Below are positions 35,090 to 46,000 of a stretch of 64,000 nucleotides of DNA, piece by piece. The notes under the pieces were generated by a model. That model worked only from the letters and a program-made list of their open reading frames with translations, had not been told where the DNA came from and did not search any database. Made by a program: the position numbers and the translations under genes. The DNA lies in the NCBI RefSeq assembly GCF_030684315.1, contig NC_081358.1, positions 39,805,979 through 39,869,978 on the forward strand, in the 5' to 3' direction. This DNA comes from Stegostoma tigrinum. Taxonomy: Eukaryota. The stretch's first letter is position 1, and every line of letters starts with the position of its first letter.

Positions 35090-37565
35090 TTCAACTGGGG
35101 ATCATGTTATTTTGGATCTGGTGAATTGTAATGTGCCATATTTAATAAGTGATCTCAGAATAAAAGATGCCCTATAACATTATTTAATGTTCAATTTGAG
35201 AATGAGAAACTTGAGTCAGAAACAACTGCCAATTTAAATAAGGGTAATTATGTAAGAATGAGGGGATTGTTGGCTGGAGTGGATTTGGAAGGGATTTGGC
35301 AGAAAAGCCTGTTGAGGAACAATGGTAGGTGGGTGTGTTCTTTTAAAAAAAACTGTTTATAACACATGGAAAGATTTTAGAAAGGGAATATATTTAATAT
35401 GGTTAACCAGGGGAATTAAGGACGGCATTAAATTGAAAGATAAAGCATAAAATGGGAGACATTTGTTGTAAATCATAGGAATAGGAAAGTTTTAAAAGCC
35501 AATAAAAATGACCAAAAAATAAACCAAGAGGACAAACTGCCAAGTATCACTAAAACAAACAATAAGAACTTATTGAAATGTATAAGGAAGAGAGACAACA
35601 GTGAACTTGGGCCCCTTAAAGAATGTGGTTGGGGAAATAATGATGGGGAATCGGGAAATGGTAAAGGACTTGAACAAATACTTTGCAGTAGTCTTCACTG
35701 TAGAGGATACTAAAAGCATTCAAAAACTCTAATAATAAGGGGCTTAAGGGGAGGAGGAAGTAAACACACAACAATCACTGGAGAAAAAGTACTAGGAAAA
35801 CTAATGCAGCTAAACGCTGATAAGTTCCTGGACCTGATGGGTTACATCTATTGGATTTTAAAGACAGTAGCTGCAGCAATGGTGCATGCACTGGTAGTAA
35901 TCTTCCAATAATTCTTAGAGTCTGGAAGATCCCAGTAGATTGCAAAGTTGCCAATGTAACAGCCTTATTCAAAAGGGGAGGGAAATGCATAAAGCAAAAC
36001 AGGTTACTGTAGCCCAAGTGACATTCCATTTGTCATTGGGAAAATTTTCACATGTATTATAAAAGGATGTAATCACATGACACCAGGTTATTGTCCAACA
36101 GGCTCATTTGAAATCACAAGCTTTTGAGGCATTGCCCTTCATCATTCTATTCTTTGCTATTCTTTGAAAACTTATGATTTCAAATAAACCTGTTGGACGA
36201 TAACCTGGTCTTGTCTGACTTCTGACTTTACCCACCTCAGTTCAACACTGGCACCTCCACAAAAAGGATGAAATAGTAGAGCCTTTAAACATACAATGTC
36301 ATCAAGAAGAGTCAGCATGGCTTCATGAAGTCAAAACCATGCCTGACAAGTTTATTGAAGATCTTTGGAGAGGTATGTTGGGGGTGGTATAGAAACTAGG
36401 AGTAGGAGTAGCCAGTTTGGCCCTTCAAGTCCACTCTGCCATTTAATACGATCATGTCTGATTCTGTGTCTCAATGCCATTTTCCCACTTTCTCTCTACT
36501 ACTTGGTGCCTTTAATATCTGAAAATTGATCAATCTCTTTCTTGTTTATACTCAGTGAGCCAGCTTCCACAGCTTTCTATGGGTGAGAATTCCACAGGTT
36601 TACCGCCCATTGTTTGAAGAAATGTTTCCTCATCTCAGTCCTAAATGGTTCACCCCCTGTCCTCAGACTGTGACCTTTGGTAGTAGACTCACCAAGCAGG
36701 GGAACTTTTTCTCTGCATCTAGTTTGTCCATCCCTATTAGAATTTTATAAGTTTCAATCAGATTCCCCCTCATCCCTGCTAAACTCTAGTGAATACAGGG
36801 TCACTTGAAACTATCTGTCCTTATCCAACAGGCCTGCCTTCCCTGCATCAGTCAAGTGTACTTCCGCTGCACTCCCTCCGTGGCAAGTATGTCCCCTTTT
36901 AGATAGGGAGACCGAAATAGCACATGATTCTCCAGGTGCAGTCTACATAAGTGCTGTCATACATCCCGTTTCTGAACTCTCTTCATCTTACAATGAAGAC
37001 CAACATAACAGCTGCCTAAGTGCTTTTAGCACCTGTCTGTTTACTTTAATTGATGTGTACAAAGGCACCCAGATACACTGAGAAATGGGATGTAAAAATG
37101 TATCACATTTAACTAATTCTTGCCTTTCTGTTTTTCGCATCAAAATGTATAACTTCATATATATCCATGTTTGTTAGCAAAGGTGGAGGATTGGCTACTA
37201 ATAGCGGACAGAGTTGGGATAAAGGGGGCATTTTCAGATTTAACCTGTAACCAGAGGAGTGCCATTGGGTCAAATAGATCTACAAATATTTATAAAATGT
37301 ATTAATGATTTGGATGATGGAAGTGAATGTACAATTGCCAAGTTTGTGGATGACACAAAATTAGGTGGGAAGGTAACTAGTGAGGGTGACACAAAGCAGT
37401 GTATAGAGCGAAATGGACGGGTTAAGTGAATGGGTAAAAATTTAGCCAGTAAAATATAAGATGGGAAGATGTTAGGTTGTGCACTTTGGCAAGAAGAATA
37501 GGAGAACTGAATGCTGTTTAAGTGGAGAAAGACTGCAGAATCTGCACTGCAGAGAGATTTGGGTA
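35090..37565 (+). mobile_element. Old CR1 LINE, with an antisense CR1 (~36385-37170) and a mini-palindrome nested in it
   Basis: CCTGGACCTGATGGGTTACATC (PGPDG), CAGCATGGCTTCATGAAG (QHGF) and AAGTTTGTGGATGACACAAAA (KFxDDTK). Confidence 0.75.
36074..36261. mobile_element. Palindromic mini-insertion of a second family with a decayed HHR-like core
   Basis: Inverted arms at ~36080-36125 and ~36166-36211. TSD AAAAGGATG(T/A)AAT at 36061-36073 and 36262-36274. The minus strand reads TGATGAAGGGCAATGCCTCAAAAGCTT. Confidence 0.75.
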
Positions 37566-38619
37566 GTGTATGGACATTGGAAGAATCAGAGGAGACCTTA
37601 TTGAAGCATAGAGTTAGGTTTAGGGTCAGGATTAATATTCAATCTGTCCTCACAGCGGAAGTTTCTAATTTTGGAACTATTCTTGTAAATCGCTTCTGCA
37701 CTATCTCCAATGTGTACACATATTTCCTATAATGTGGCACCCACAACAATACAAAATACTCCAGCTACCCCTCGTGGTACAGTATAAGACCAGAGTGTAG
37801 AATTCCAGAGAAAGGAATCATCCGCTCTCGATTGAAGAATAATCTTTTTCCTGAGAGTGATTTTTTTCTGGGCTGTGACTCTTCTTCATTTTTCACAGAT
37901 CTGTGTTTGTGATTTGGGGGCTTCTGAGAAAAATGTATTGGTGTTATTGCCAAAGTGAAGACTCAGATTTTATGCTAACCCCTGTCTTGGCATGCTATGC
38001 AAGCTCTTGGCTACATAAAGGTGATGACATTAAGTGACGTTACAAAGGATTTATGAAGTTTTCCTGCATTGATAGATAGCGATAGAGATGTAGACCATGA
38101 GACCTGCACTCGTCTGTGTGCATTCCAAGTAAGAAGAAACTGGCTTGGGGGCAAGTTCTTATTGAAAGGGACCTGATCAAAAGTGTCAATATGTGGTGAA
38201 AGTACTGGAATTGATGGATTTCAATAAAGTTTTAGATGATGCTTATGCCTGATATTTGTCTGAGGTGTTGATACTCGAGCCATCTTTGGTGGAAGTGTTC
38301 TTGTACCATTCAAGCCTTGGTGAGAAGGAATGTCGGTTCTCATAGTTGTGATGAAAAATGGGTGAGCTAGTGGTGTGTCTGTTGCTGAGTTCTGTAGATC
38401 CTTTTCTATTTATAATGTGAGCAATAACAGGTATGTGAGATGCAGAATCATTGCGTTCTTCGGAGTCGAACATGGGTAGGTGCATTGAAGAGAGAGACAT
38501 TGATTACTTATGATACCTGTGTTGAAAATGCCTATCAGCCAAGGTGATGTGAGACAGTCTTGTCCAGTGGAAAGCTTATTAAAATAGGATATGCCATAGA
38601 AATCTGCAGCACAGAGAAA

Positions 38620-40060
38620 GACCCTTCCGCTGATTGCATTCATGCCAGTCAAAAACAGCCACCGAACTATTCTAATCACATCACATTTTCCAGCGCTTGG
38701 CCCATTGCCTTGAATGCTTTGGCATTGCAAGTACACATCTAAATACTTATTAAATGTTCTGAGGGTTTCTGCCTGTACCACCCTTACAGGCAATGAGTTA
38801 CAGAGTCCCACCACCATCTGGGTGAAAATGTTTTTCTTCATATCTCCTCAAACCTCTGCCCCTTAAGTCAAGTCTGTGGCCCTTGATCACTGGGGCTCCA
38901 TCAAGAGGAAAGATTTCTTTGTCTGAACCTTATCTATGCCCCTCATAATTTTATACGTCTCAGTTTTGTTCTATTCATCACAACCATGTTCCCTGTCAAT
39001 CTCCTGTGCTCGAAGGAACACAACCTCGGTCTGTCCAATCTCTCTTCATAACTGAAATTCTGTGGTCCATGAAATGTCCTGATAAATCTCCTCTGCACCT
39101 TCCCCAGTGCTGTCAAATCCCACCTATAATAATCTCCAGCGGAGATTCACACGGATGATCCCTGGAATGGTAGGTTTAATGTATGATGAATGGCTAAGGA
39201 TCCTGGGATTGTACTCATTAGAGTTTAGAAGGTTGAGGGGAGATCTGATAGAAACTTACAAGAACAAGGAATCAAGGGCTATGGAGAGAGTGCAGGGAAG
39301 TGGAGTTGAAATGCCCATCAGCTATGATTTAAATGGCGGAGTGGACTTGATGGGCCAAATGGCCTTACTTCCACTCCTACGGTATGGCTTAGAAGGGGTG
39401 GACGCCGGGAAGTTGTTTCCATTCGGCGGGGAGACTAGGACCAGTGGGCGCAGCCTTAAAATTAGAGGGGGTCAATTTAAAACGGAAATTAGATGACATT
39501 TCTTCAGCCAGAGAGTGGTGGGCTTGTGGAATTCATTGCCACTGAGTGCAGTGGAGGCCGGGACATTGGATGCCTCCAAGGCAGAGATCGACAAATTCTT
39601 GATCTCACAAGGAATCAAGGGCTATGGAGAGAGTGCAGGGAAGTGGAGTTGAAATGCCCATCAGCTATGATTTAAATGGCGGAGTGGACTTGATGGGCCG
39701 AATGGCATTACTTCCACTCCTACATCTTACAGTCTTACTCCAGAACTGAGGCCTAACCAATGTTTGATACAGTTCCAAGAAAACCTCCCTGCTGTGAAAG
39801 TCAGTGCAATGATAACAAAGGCAAGTATCCCATATGCCTTCTTAATGACTTTATCTGCCTGTCCTGATACCTTAGGGTATACATGCACAAGGGTCCTTTT
39901 GATCCTTGGTGCTGCCCAGGGTCCTACTATTCATAATGTGTTTCCTTGTCATGTTTTTTCCTGCCCAGTGCATCCCTCACATTTATCTGGATTGAATTAC
40001 GTTTCACACTGATCAACCTGTCTGATCAGCCTGTAGTCAAAGACCATCCTCCTTACTATT
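38620..40060 (-). mobile_element. Decayed CR1 LINE 3' part, interrupted by a plus-strand CR1
   Basis: Minus-strand fragment FTQMVVGLCNSLPVRVVQAETLRTFNKYLD. Confidence 0.75.
39131..39737 (+). mobile_element. Young CR1 3' fragment carrying an internal copy of its own 3' end
   Basis: QRRFTRMIPGMVGLMYDEWLRILGLYSLEFRRLRGDLIETYK; 39264-39380 matches 39607-39723 with 2 mismatches. Confidence 0.88.
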
Positions 40061-41035
40061 TCAGGGCGTGAAGAATTTTGTAGACCGTTTCATTTAGTCT
40101 GATACACCACAGCAGATCATTTATCCTCTGCGTGCAGTCATGCTTCCAAAATGATTGCAGGCTGATTGCCTCAGCCAGTTCCACCTACGCTGCCTTCTCC
40201 TGGTGGCACAGCATCTTGTTGCCATTCCTGCACTCTCAGACATCTTCCAGCAGAGACTTTAGGGACTAGCCACTAAATGTTAGGTCTGACCTCTGCCTTT
40301 GCCTTTTCTCTGCTATCTTCAGGTTTGGATATGGGCCAAGATTCACTGATGGTCCTGGGGTTCAGAAAGTGTAGTTCAGTCTAGGTGCCTTTTAGATATA
40401 GTACCTAGAATTTGGAGTTGGGCATGTCTTGGTGTTGTGCCCTTACATGCATATGTCATGAGCTTTAAAGAATATAATCACATGAAGAAACCTGCCACTC
40501 TTTCTCCCTAAAGAAAGTGGATGTACCTCCCTGTTTTCACGCCTGCCATAACAGAACCCCCTTCAGAAGATACAATTCTGTGCTGAAGTGCTATTTCACG
40601 GATTTATCCTTGCCAATATTTAACCTCAAAACAATCAGCGTGACTGAAGCAGATTATCTGTTAGCACATTGTTTGATTAAAGGAGTTGGTTGTGCATATT
40701 TGACTGATATGTTTCTTACATTACAACAATGGCAACATGTCACAGGTACTTCATTGGCTGTAAAGGACTTTGAGGTGCAGTGGTGTCTTTGAAAAGTAAT
40801 TTATAAATGCAAGTCTTTTTCTTTAAGTGCAATGTTTCAACACCTATCCCGCCTTTGTAATTCTCAGCATCTCCCTGTGATTGCCCATAGATGAACAAGG
40901 GAAATCCTCTTACTACAACATGCTTGATAACAGATCAAATAAAAATCTGTGGATAATTGTTCATCCATTTTAAAGTAGTGTGAGGTGGCAAATCAAATTT
41001 TAAATTGTACATCAAGGTTTTTAGGTTGTATAATC

Positions 41036-42125
41036 TATGTGGCGGTGGAGTAGCAGGCCTGTGTACAGACTCTTACTTGAGTCTCATCCGCTCCTGTATG
41101 CTTTCTTTCTTTATACCTCTGCTTTTTTTTGTTTTTCTCTTTCATTTTTTTCTTTGGTTTTTCTTTGTTTTTGGAGCCTTCTGTGGTGGGTTGGTGGTGA
41201 GATCGGCGTGGCAGCTAAAGGGGGTCAGGCACAGAATGTTGGCTTCTTCCAGTGTTTGGAGGTGGCAGCAGCAGCAGCAAGCAGTGACAAACACCCAGTG
41301 TTAGGATCTGGCAGTGGTGGCAAAACTCCTCCAGCGACTGGAGGTGTAGTGGCCACGGACTTTTCAGGATGGCACTACTGGCAAGGTGACATCTTGGAGC
41401 GGGATTCCACAGCTATCCGTTCTGAGAGTGGACTCCAAGTGTTTAGAATTTATTTAGAGAAATACTATTTCAGAGTTGCAAGTAGTGTATGGAAGGATAA
41501 AATGGCAAAGAGATTTAACAGATTAATAGAATGAGCAAAACATGATAAATGATTTCAATGTAAGTAAAAAAGGTTTTCCAACTTGGAACTAAAACTTGTA
41601 GTGAGAAACTAAATAGTGAGAATCAGAAACAGGATGGCAATACCAGCAAGGTGACATCTTGGAGTGGGATGGCAGTGGCCTGTTCTGGCAATGGAACCAG
41701 GCGCTCCTGATGTTGGTGAGGTGGTGGCTGCAGTGGTGGCAGCATGGAATGCCTGGACTTGGGTGGGGGTGCCTGCTGTCATCAAGGTGGCGGTAGAGCC
41801 GGGACTCCTGGTTGTGGGATAAGTGTGGGTTCTGCTTGGGACCCAGAATTGGCATCGATGAGATATGCCCAGCAGTGAAGAGGTGGTGATTTCTATGTTG
41901 ATGGGTCCGGTGACGGCAGTGGAGGAGAACTGGTAGTGCAGATGTCATTGAGATGGCTTAGGGCTTTCTTTCGGTTAGACTTTTATCTTCTTTATTCTTT
42001 AAACTATTCTAAATGGTGCTGGATTCTAGTGACTATTGAAGCTTTTCACTGTATTTTACTGTATTAGTCACTGTAAAATGGAAGTGACAACAAATAAATC
42101 ATTCATAAATAAATCATTCATTCAT
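41036..42125 (+). mobile_element. Unclassified non-coding, probably non-autonomous retroelement
   Basis: Starts with TGGCGGTGGAGTAG, followed by a T-rich tract and a G-rich body. Ends GCTTTTCACTGT...GTGACAACAAATAAATCATTC-type repeats. Similar layout at 55020-55700 on the minus strand. Confidence 0.5.
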
Positions 42126-42504
42126 TTACCATCTGGTGCAAAATGAAAAGTCTTTTTAGGCTGTGTAAGTCTGTGATGCATGCGCACAGTTTTACTAGTG
42201 CTGGTCCCCCCACATGGTGGAAAATAATGAGGTTTCAAGCAGATGCGGAGGTAGGCAAGTCAGCAATTTATTAGCTCATTCCACTGCTATCCGTTCTGAG
42301 AGTGGACTCCAAGTGTTTAGAATTTATTTAGAGAAATACTAGTGTAGAGTTGCAAGTAGTGAATGGAAGGATAAAATGACAAAGAGATTTAACAGATTAA
42401 TAGAATGAGCGAACTATGATAAATGATTTCAATGTAAGTAAAAAGGTTTTCCAACTTGGAACTAAAACGGGTAGTGAGAAACTTAATAGTGAGAATCAGA
42501 AACA
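41404..42504 (+). repeat. ~227-bp local direct duplication (41404-41631 and 42278-42504)
   Basis: Both copies read ATTCCAC..GCTATCCGTTCTGAGAGTGGACTCC...GAGAATCAGAAACA and are highly similar. Confidence 0.92.
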
Positions 42505-43070
42505 TTAGAAATCCAAAGAAACTTCGGGGTCTTCTGGAATATGTGTCCACTTCTGGTTGCCCACTTATAAGAAGGATATTATTAAGCAGGAGAGGGTGCA
42601 GAGAGATTTACCAGGATGCTCCTCGGTATGGAAGCTTTGAGTTGTAAGGAAAGGCTGGAAAGGCTGGGACTTTCACTGGAGCATAGGAGGTTGAGAGGCA
42701 ACTTTATCTCTATCCCTCATTATTTTATAAACTTCTATAAAGTTAATGATAGTTGTCTTTTCTGTAGAATGGGGGATTTCAAGATGAGGGGCCATATTTT
42801 TAAGGTGAGAAGAGAGAGGCTTTAAAAAGACATGGACGATTTTTTATAGAAAGGGTGGTTCACATGTGGAATGAACTTCCTGAGCAAGTGTAGGATATGG
42901 GTACAATTAGTGTTTTAAAGACATTTGGATAAGTATGTGAATAGAAATGTTTGGGGGGGATGAGAGCCAGGAGCAGGTCGGTGGGACTAATTTAGTTTGG
43001 GATTAAGTTTTTGGCATGGACTGATTGGACCAAGGGTCTGTTTCTGTGCTGTATGACTCAGTGACTCCAT
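42505..43070 (+). mobile_element. CR1 3' fragment within an older CR1 (~42330-43740)
   Basis: MLLGMEALSCKERLERLGLSLEHRRLRG; tail CTGTATGACTCAGTGACTC. Confidence 0.75.
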
Positions 43071-46000
43071 GTGGATAGGTCAGTCAAATATATGGACAAG
43101 CATAAAAGTAACCAAAAAGACAGTTGGAATGCTGACCTTCATGCATGGCAGAGTAGAATGTAAGGGGTTCATAAGAGATTCTTCAGTTGTAGAAAACACT
43201 AGTTAGACCTAACTTGGAGTGCTGAGAGCTTTCTGGACACAATGACTTTGGAAGGATATACTGCTCTCGAGTGTGGTGTGGATTTGGGAGTGTGGGACGG
43301 GGATGGCAACAGGGAGGGAGGGGTAGGGACAGGGAGCAAGGCATGGGTTGGGAGCGAGGGGGCAAGGGATGAGGAGGAAGCCAAAAGATGGAATTACAAG
43401 GAGCTTTTTCTTACATTAAGTTAGTATTTGCTGGCATTTAACAGTTAAGGGTGATCTGGCTGAGGTTTTCAAGATATTAGCAAGAGTTGAAAGGGTGGGT
43501 CAGAGAAACTGCTGATTGGAAATTTTGGACCAGGGACTATAGTTAGAGTTTAATGTTAGTAGCTGTTTGGGTTTTTTTTTCAAATATCAATTGATGCAGA
43601 ATGCAGTGTAGATTCTGAACCTGAGATTAATGGATTTCTGTTAAGTAAAGGTATTAAGTCACATGGGGTGAAAGGCAGGTCATAAATCTGTCATGATCTC
43701 ATTGAATGGCAGAGGCTAAATGGCTATCTCCTCCTTTCATCCTGAAAAAAGATAATGGAAATTCAGGAAATGGATCCAGTTCAGTCATATAAATTAAGAT
43801 TGACAAGGCTGGTGGAACTACAAGATAGGACATGCATCCAAAATCTTTGGGTAGCAAACTAGGTTAGATTGCAAGCACATTTATTTTTGTTGAAAGCTGT
43901 TCCATTCTGGAACAGGTCAACAAAATATGCAAGGGGTCGAATTTGTTGCAACCTTTTTAGAAAGTAAGTCAATCACCTTTGGTAGAGTTAGTGGCATAGT
44001 GATAATGTCACTATACTAACAATCCAGCTAAAGCACTTGGGATGCAGCTTTACATCCCAATATTACAGAATTTAAATTGGTTTAATTAATAGAATATGGA
44101 ATTGAAAGTGGGCCTCAGTTAGTGGTGACAACAAAACCATTATTAATTGTGACATAAACCCATCTAATTTACCTTGTCCTTTAGGGTGGGAAATCTGCTA
44201 TCCTTACTTTGTCTGGCCTACATGTGATTCCAGACCTAAAGCAATGCTGCTGATCTTTTAACTACCTTTTGGAATGGCTTAACAAGCCCTAAACTAAAAT
44301 AAATTTCAAAATATGGAATTTTAAAATCTTAAGCAGTTTTTTTAAACCATTCTTTTCTACCTCCTACCATTTAAATAGGAAAGGTACTTTGCATATTAGT
44401 GTTATATGTTGGCCACACTGATGGTCTTCTGTTGGCAGGCTGAAATTTGAAATAATTCCCCTTTGTTTCATTTTGAAGAATTGAGCAGGAAATCAAAATC
44501 ATTCTCAAAGTAGAGTTTTGAGGAGACAGATGTAGGGGTGTGACCCCAGAGAGGTTTGAGAACAGTTCCTTGTTTTAAATTGAATTGTTGACTGTCTGGG
44601 GGAACAATCTAAGCCAGCAAGCATCGAGGGTTATGGGAAATGAACTTAGTGCAAGATTGGACACAAGTAATGGAGTTTTGAACGAACTCAAGTGTACAGA
44701 GGTATATTTGGAACCAGTGCAGACATGAATGACCTACTTCTTTATTGTAACGATTCTGTGATTCTTTGGGAAGATGGGAAGTGGGTCACGTGGGCATTGG
44801 AATGGTTGAATCTAGAGGTAACGAGGCAAAGTTTCAGCAGCAGATTTACGGGAAGGCATGGTATTTTGCTCACTGTAAAGATATGAAGACCTTCAATTTA
44901 AATTGAAGTTGCTTTAGTGCAATAAATCATCACAAACAACCTCTTGAGTCTGGTGAAGAAAACTTTGCCATGCCATCTTAATTTTATTGTGGAAATAGCA
45001 CAATGGCAAAACATTAACTTGTCAAATATCCTAGAAAGCTAACTGGAATACAAGTATATGGTCACAGTGTGTTTTTTTTTGTTTGGCAGCAGGCACTGTG
45101 GGAAACTGATAGCTTCTATGAAGAAAAGTACTGCAGTGAGCAATTACATGCAAAATGACAGAATGAAATTATTACAGTTGTTCAGAGACGGCATTTGAGT
45201 TTTTGCAGATGACTTGTCATTTGATCTTAGTATTTTTCATTTGCTTTGTTAACTTAATATCTTAAATATGATTTCTGTGAAGTAAGGTAGAAAATTGACT
45301 TCGTTTGTTTAACATTCTTGGCACTCTTTTTGTGTTCGTGTAACCTGCATTATCTACAATGGGTAAAATGTTATTTTAAAATAATCAGAGGCAAATAAAT
45401 ATCTTATTGCAGCCATAACAAAGGTTAGACATCAACGTATATTGAATAAAAATTTAGTCTATTGGATTAATGGAATCCAGTGTTCTCCCTTAAAAAGTAC
45501 AGGTATTTTAAAAAAAGTCAAGAAAATAGTTAGATGTATTTTATGGCATTTTTTTGTTTTATTAAAATAGTCAAATTTTCTCATCTAATAATTGAAAATC
45601 TGCTACATTTTAGATACAACATTGAGATTAGATGTTTCATTAATCTAGCACAGGAAGAAAATAATTTTCAATAAATGAACATGTGGTACATTGCTTAAAA
45701 CATCGAGTGTGTATTGGACCCTTTGTTTAAAAAAAAGACCTTAAATACTCTGCAAGGTTCCATGTTATTTCTAAACCCTTGCAATCTTTTTTTGTAATTT
45801 CCCAATGAAAAGGTTGGGCAGCACTGCCCCTATGCTAGTGTGTCTCATTGATATTGCATCGAGTGTCAAGAGGGTTTGCAAAGGGATTGCTTTGCCAGGA
45901 GGAGCACCCAAACATGATAAATAAAACATGAAGCTGGGAATGATACTAACCCATTGATTCTCATCAATGAATGAGCTCTGATTTCATGCAGGCTGTGTTG

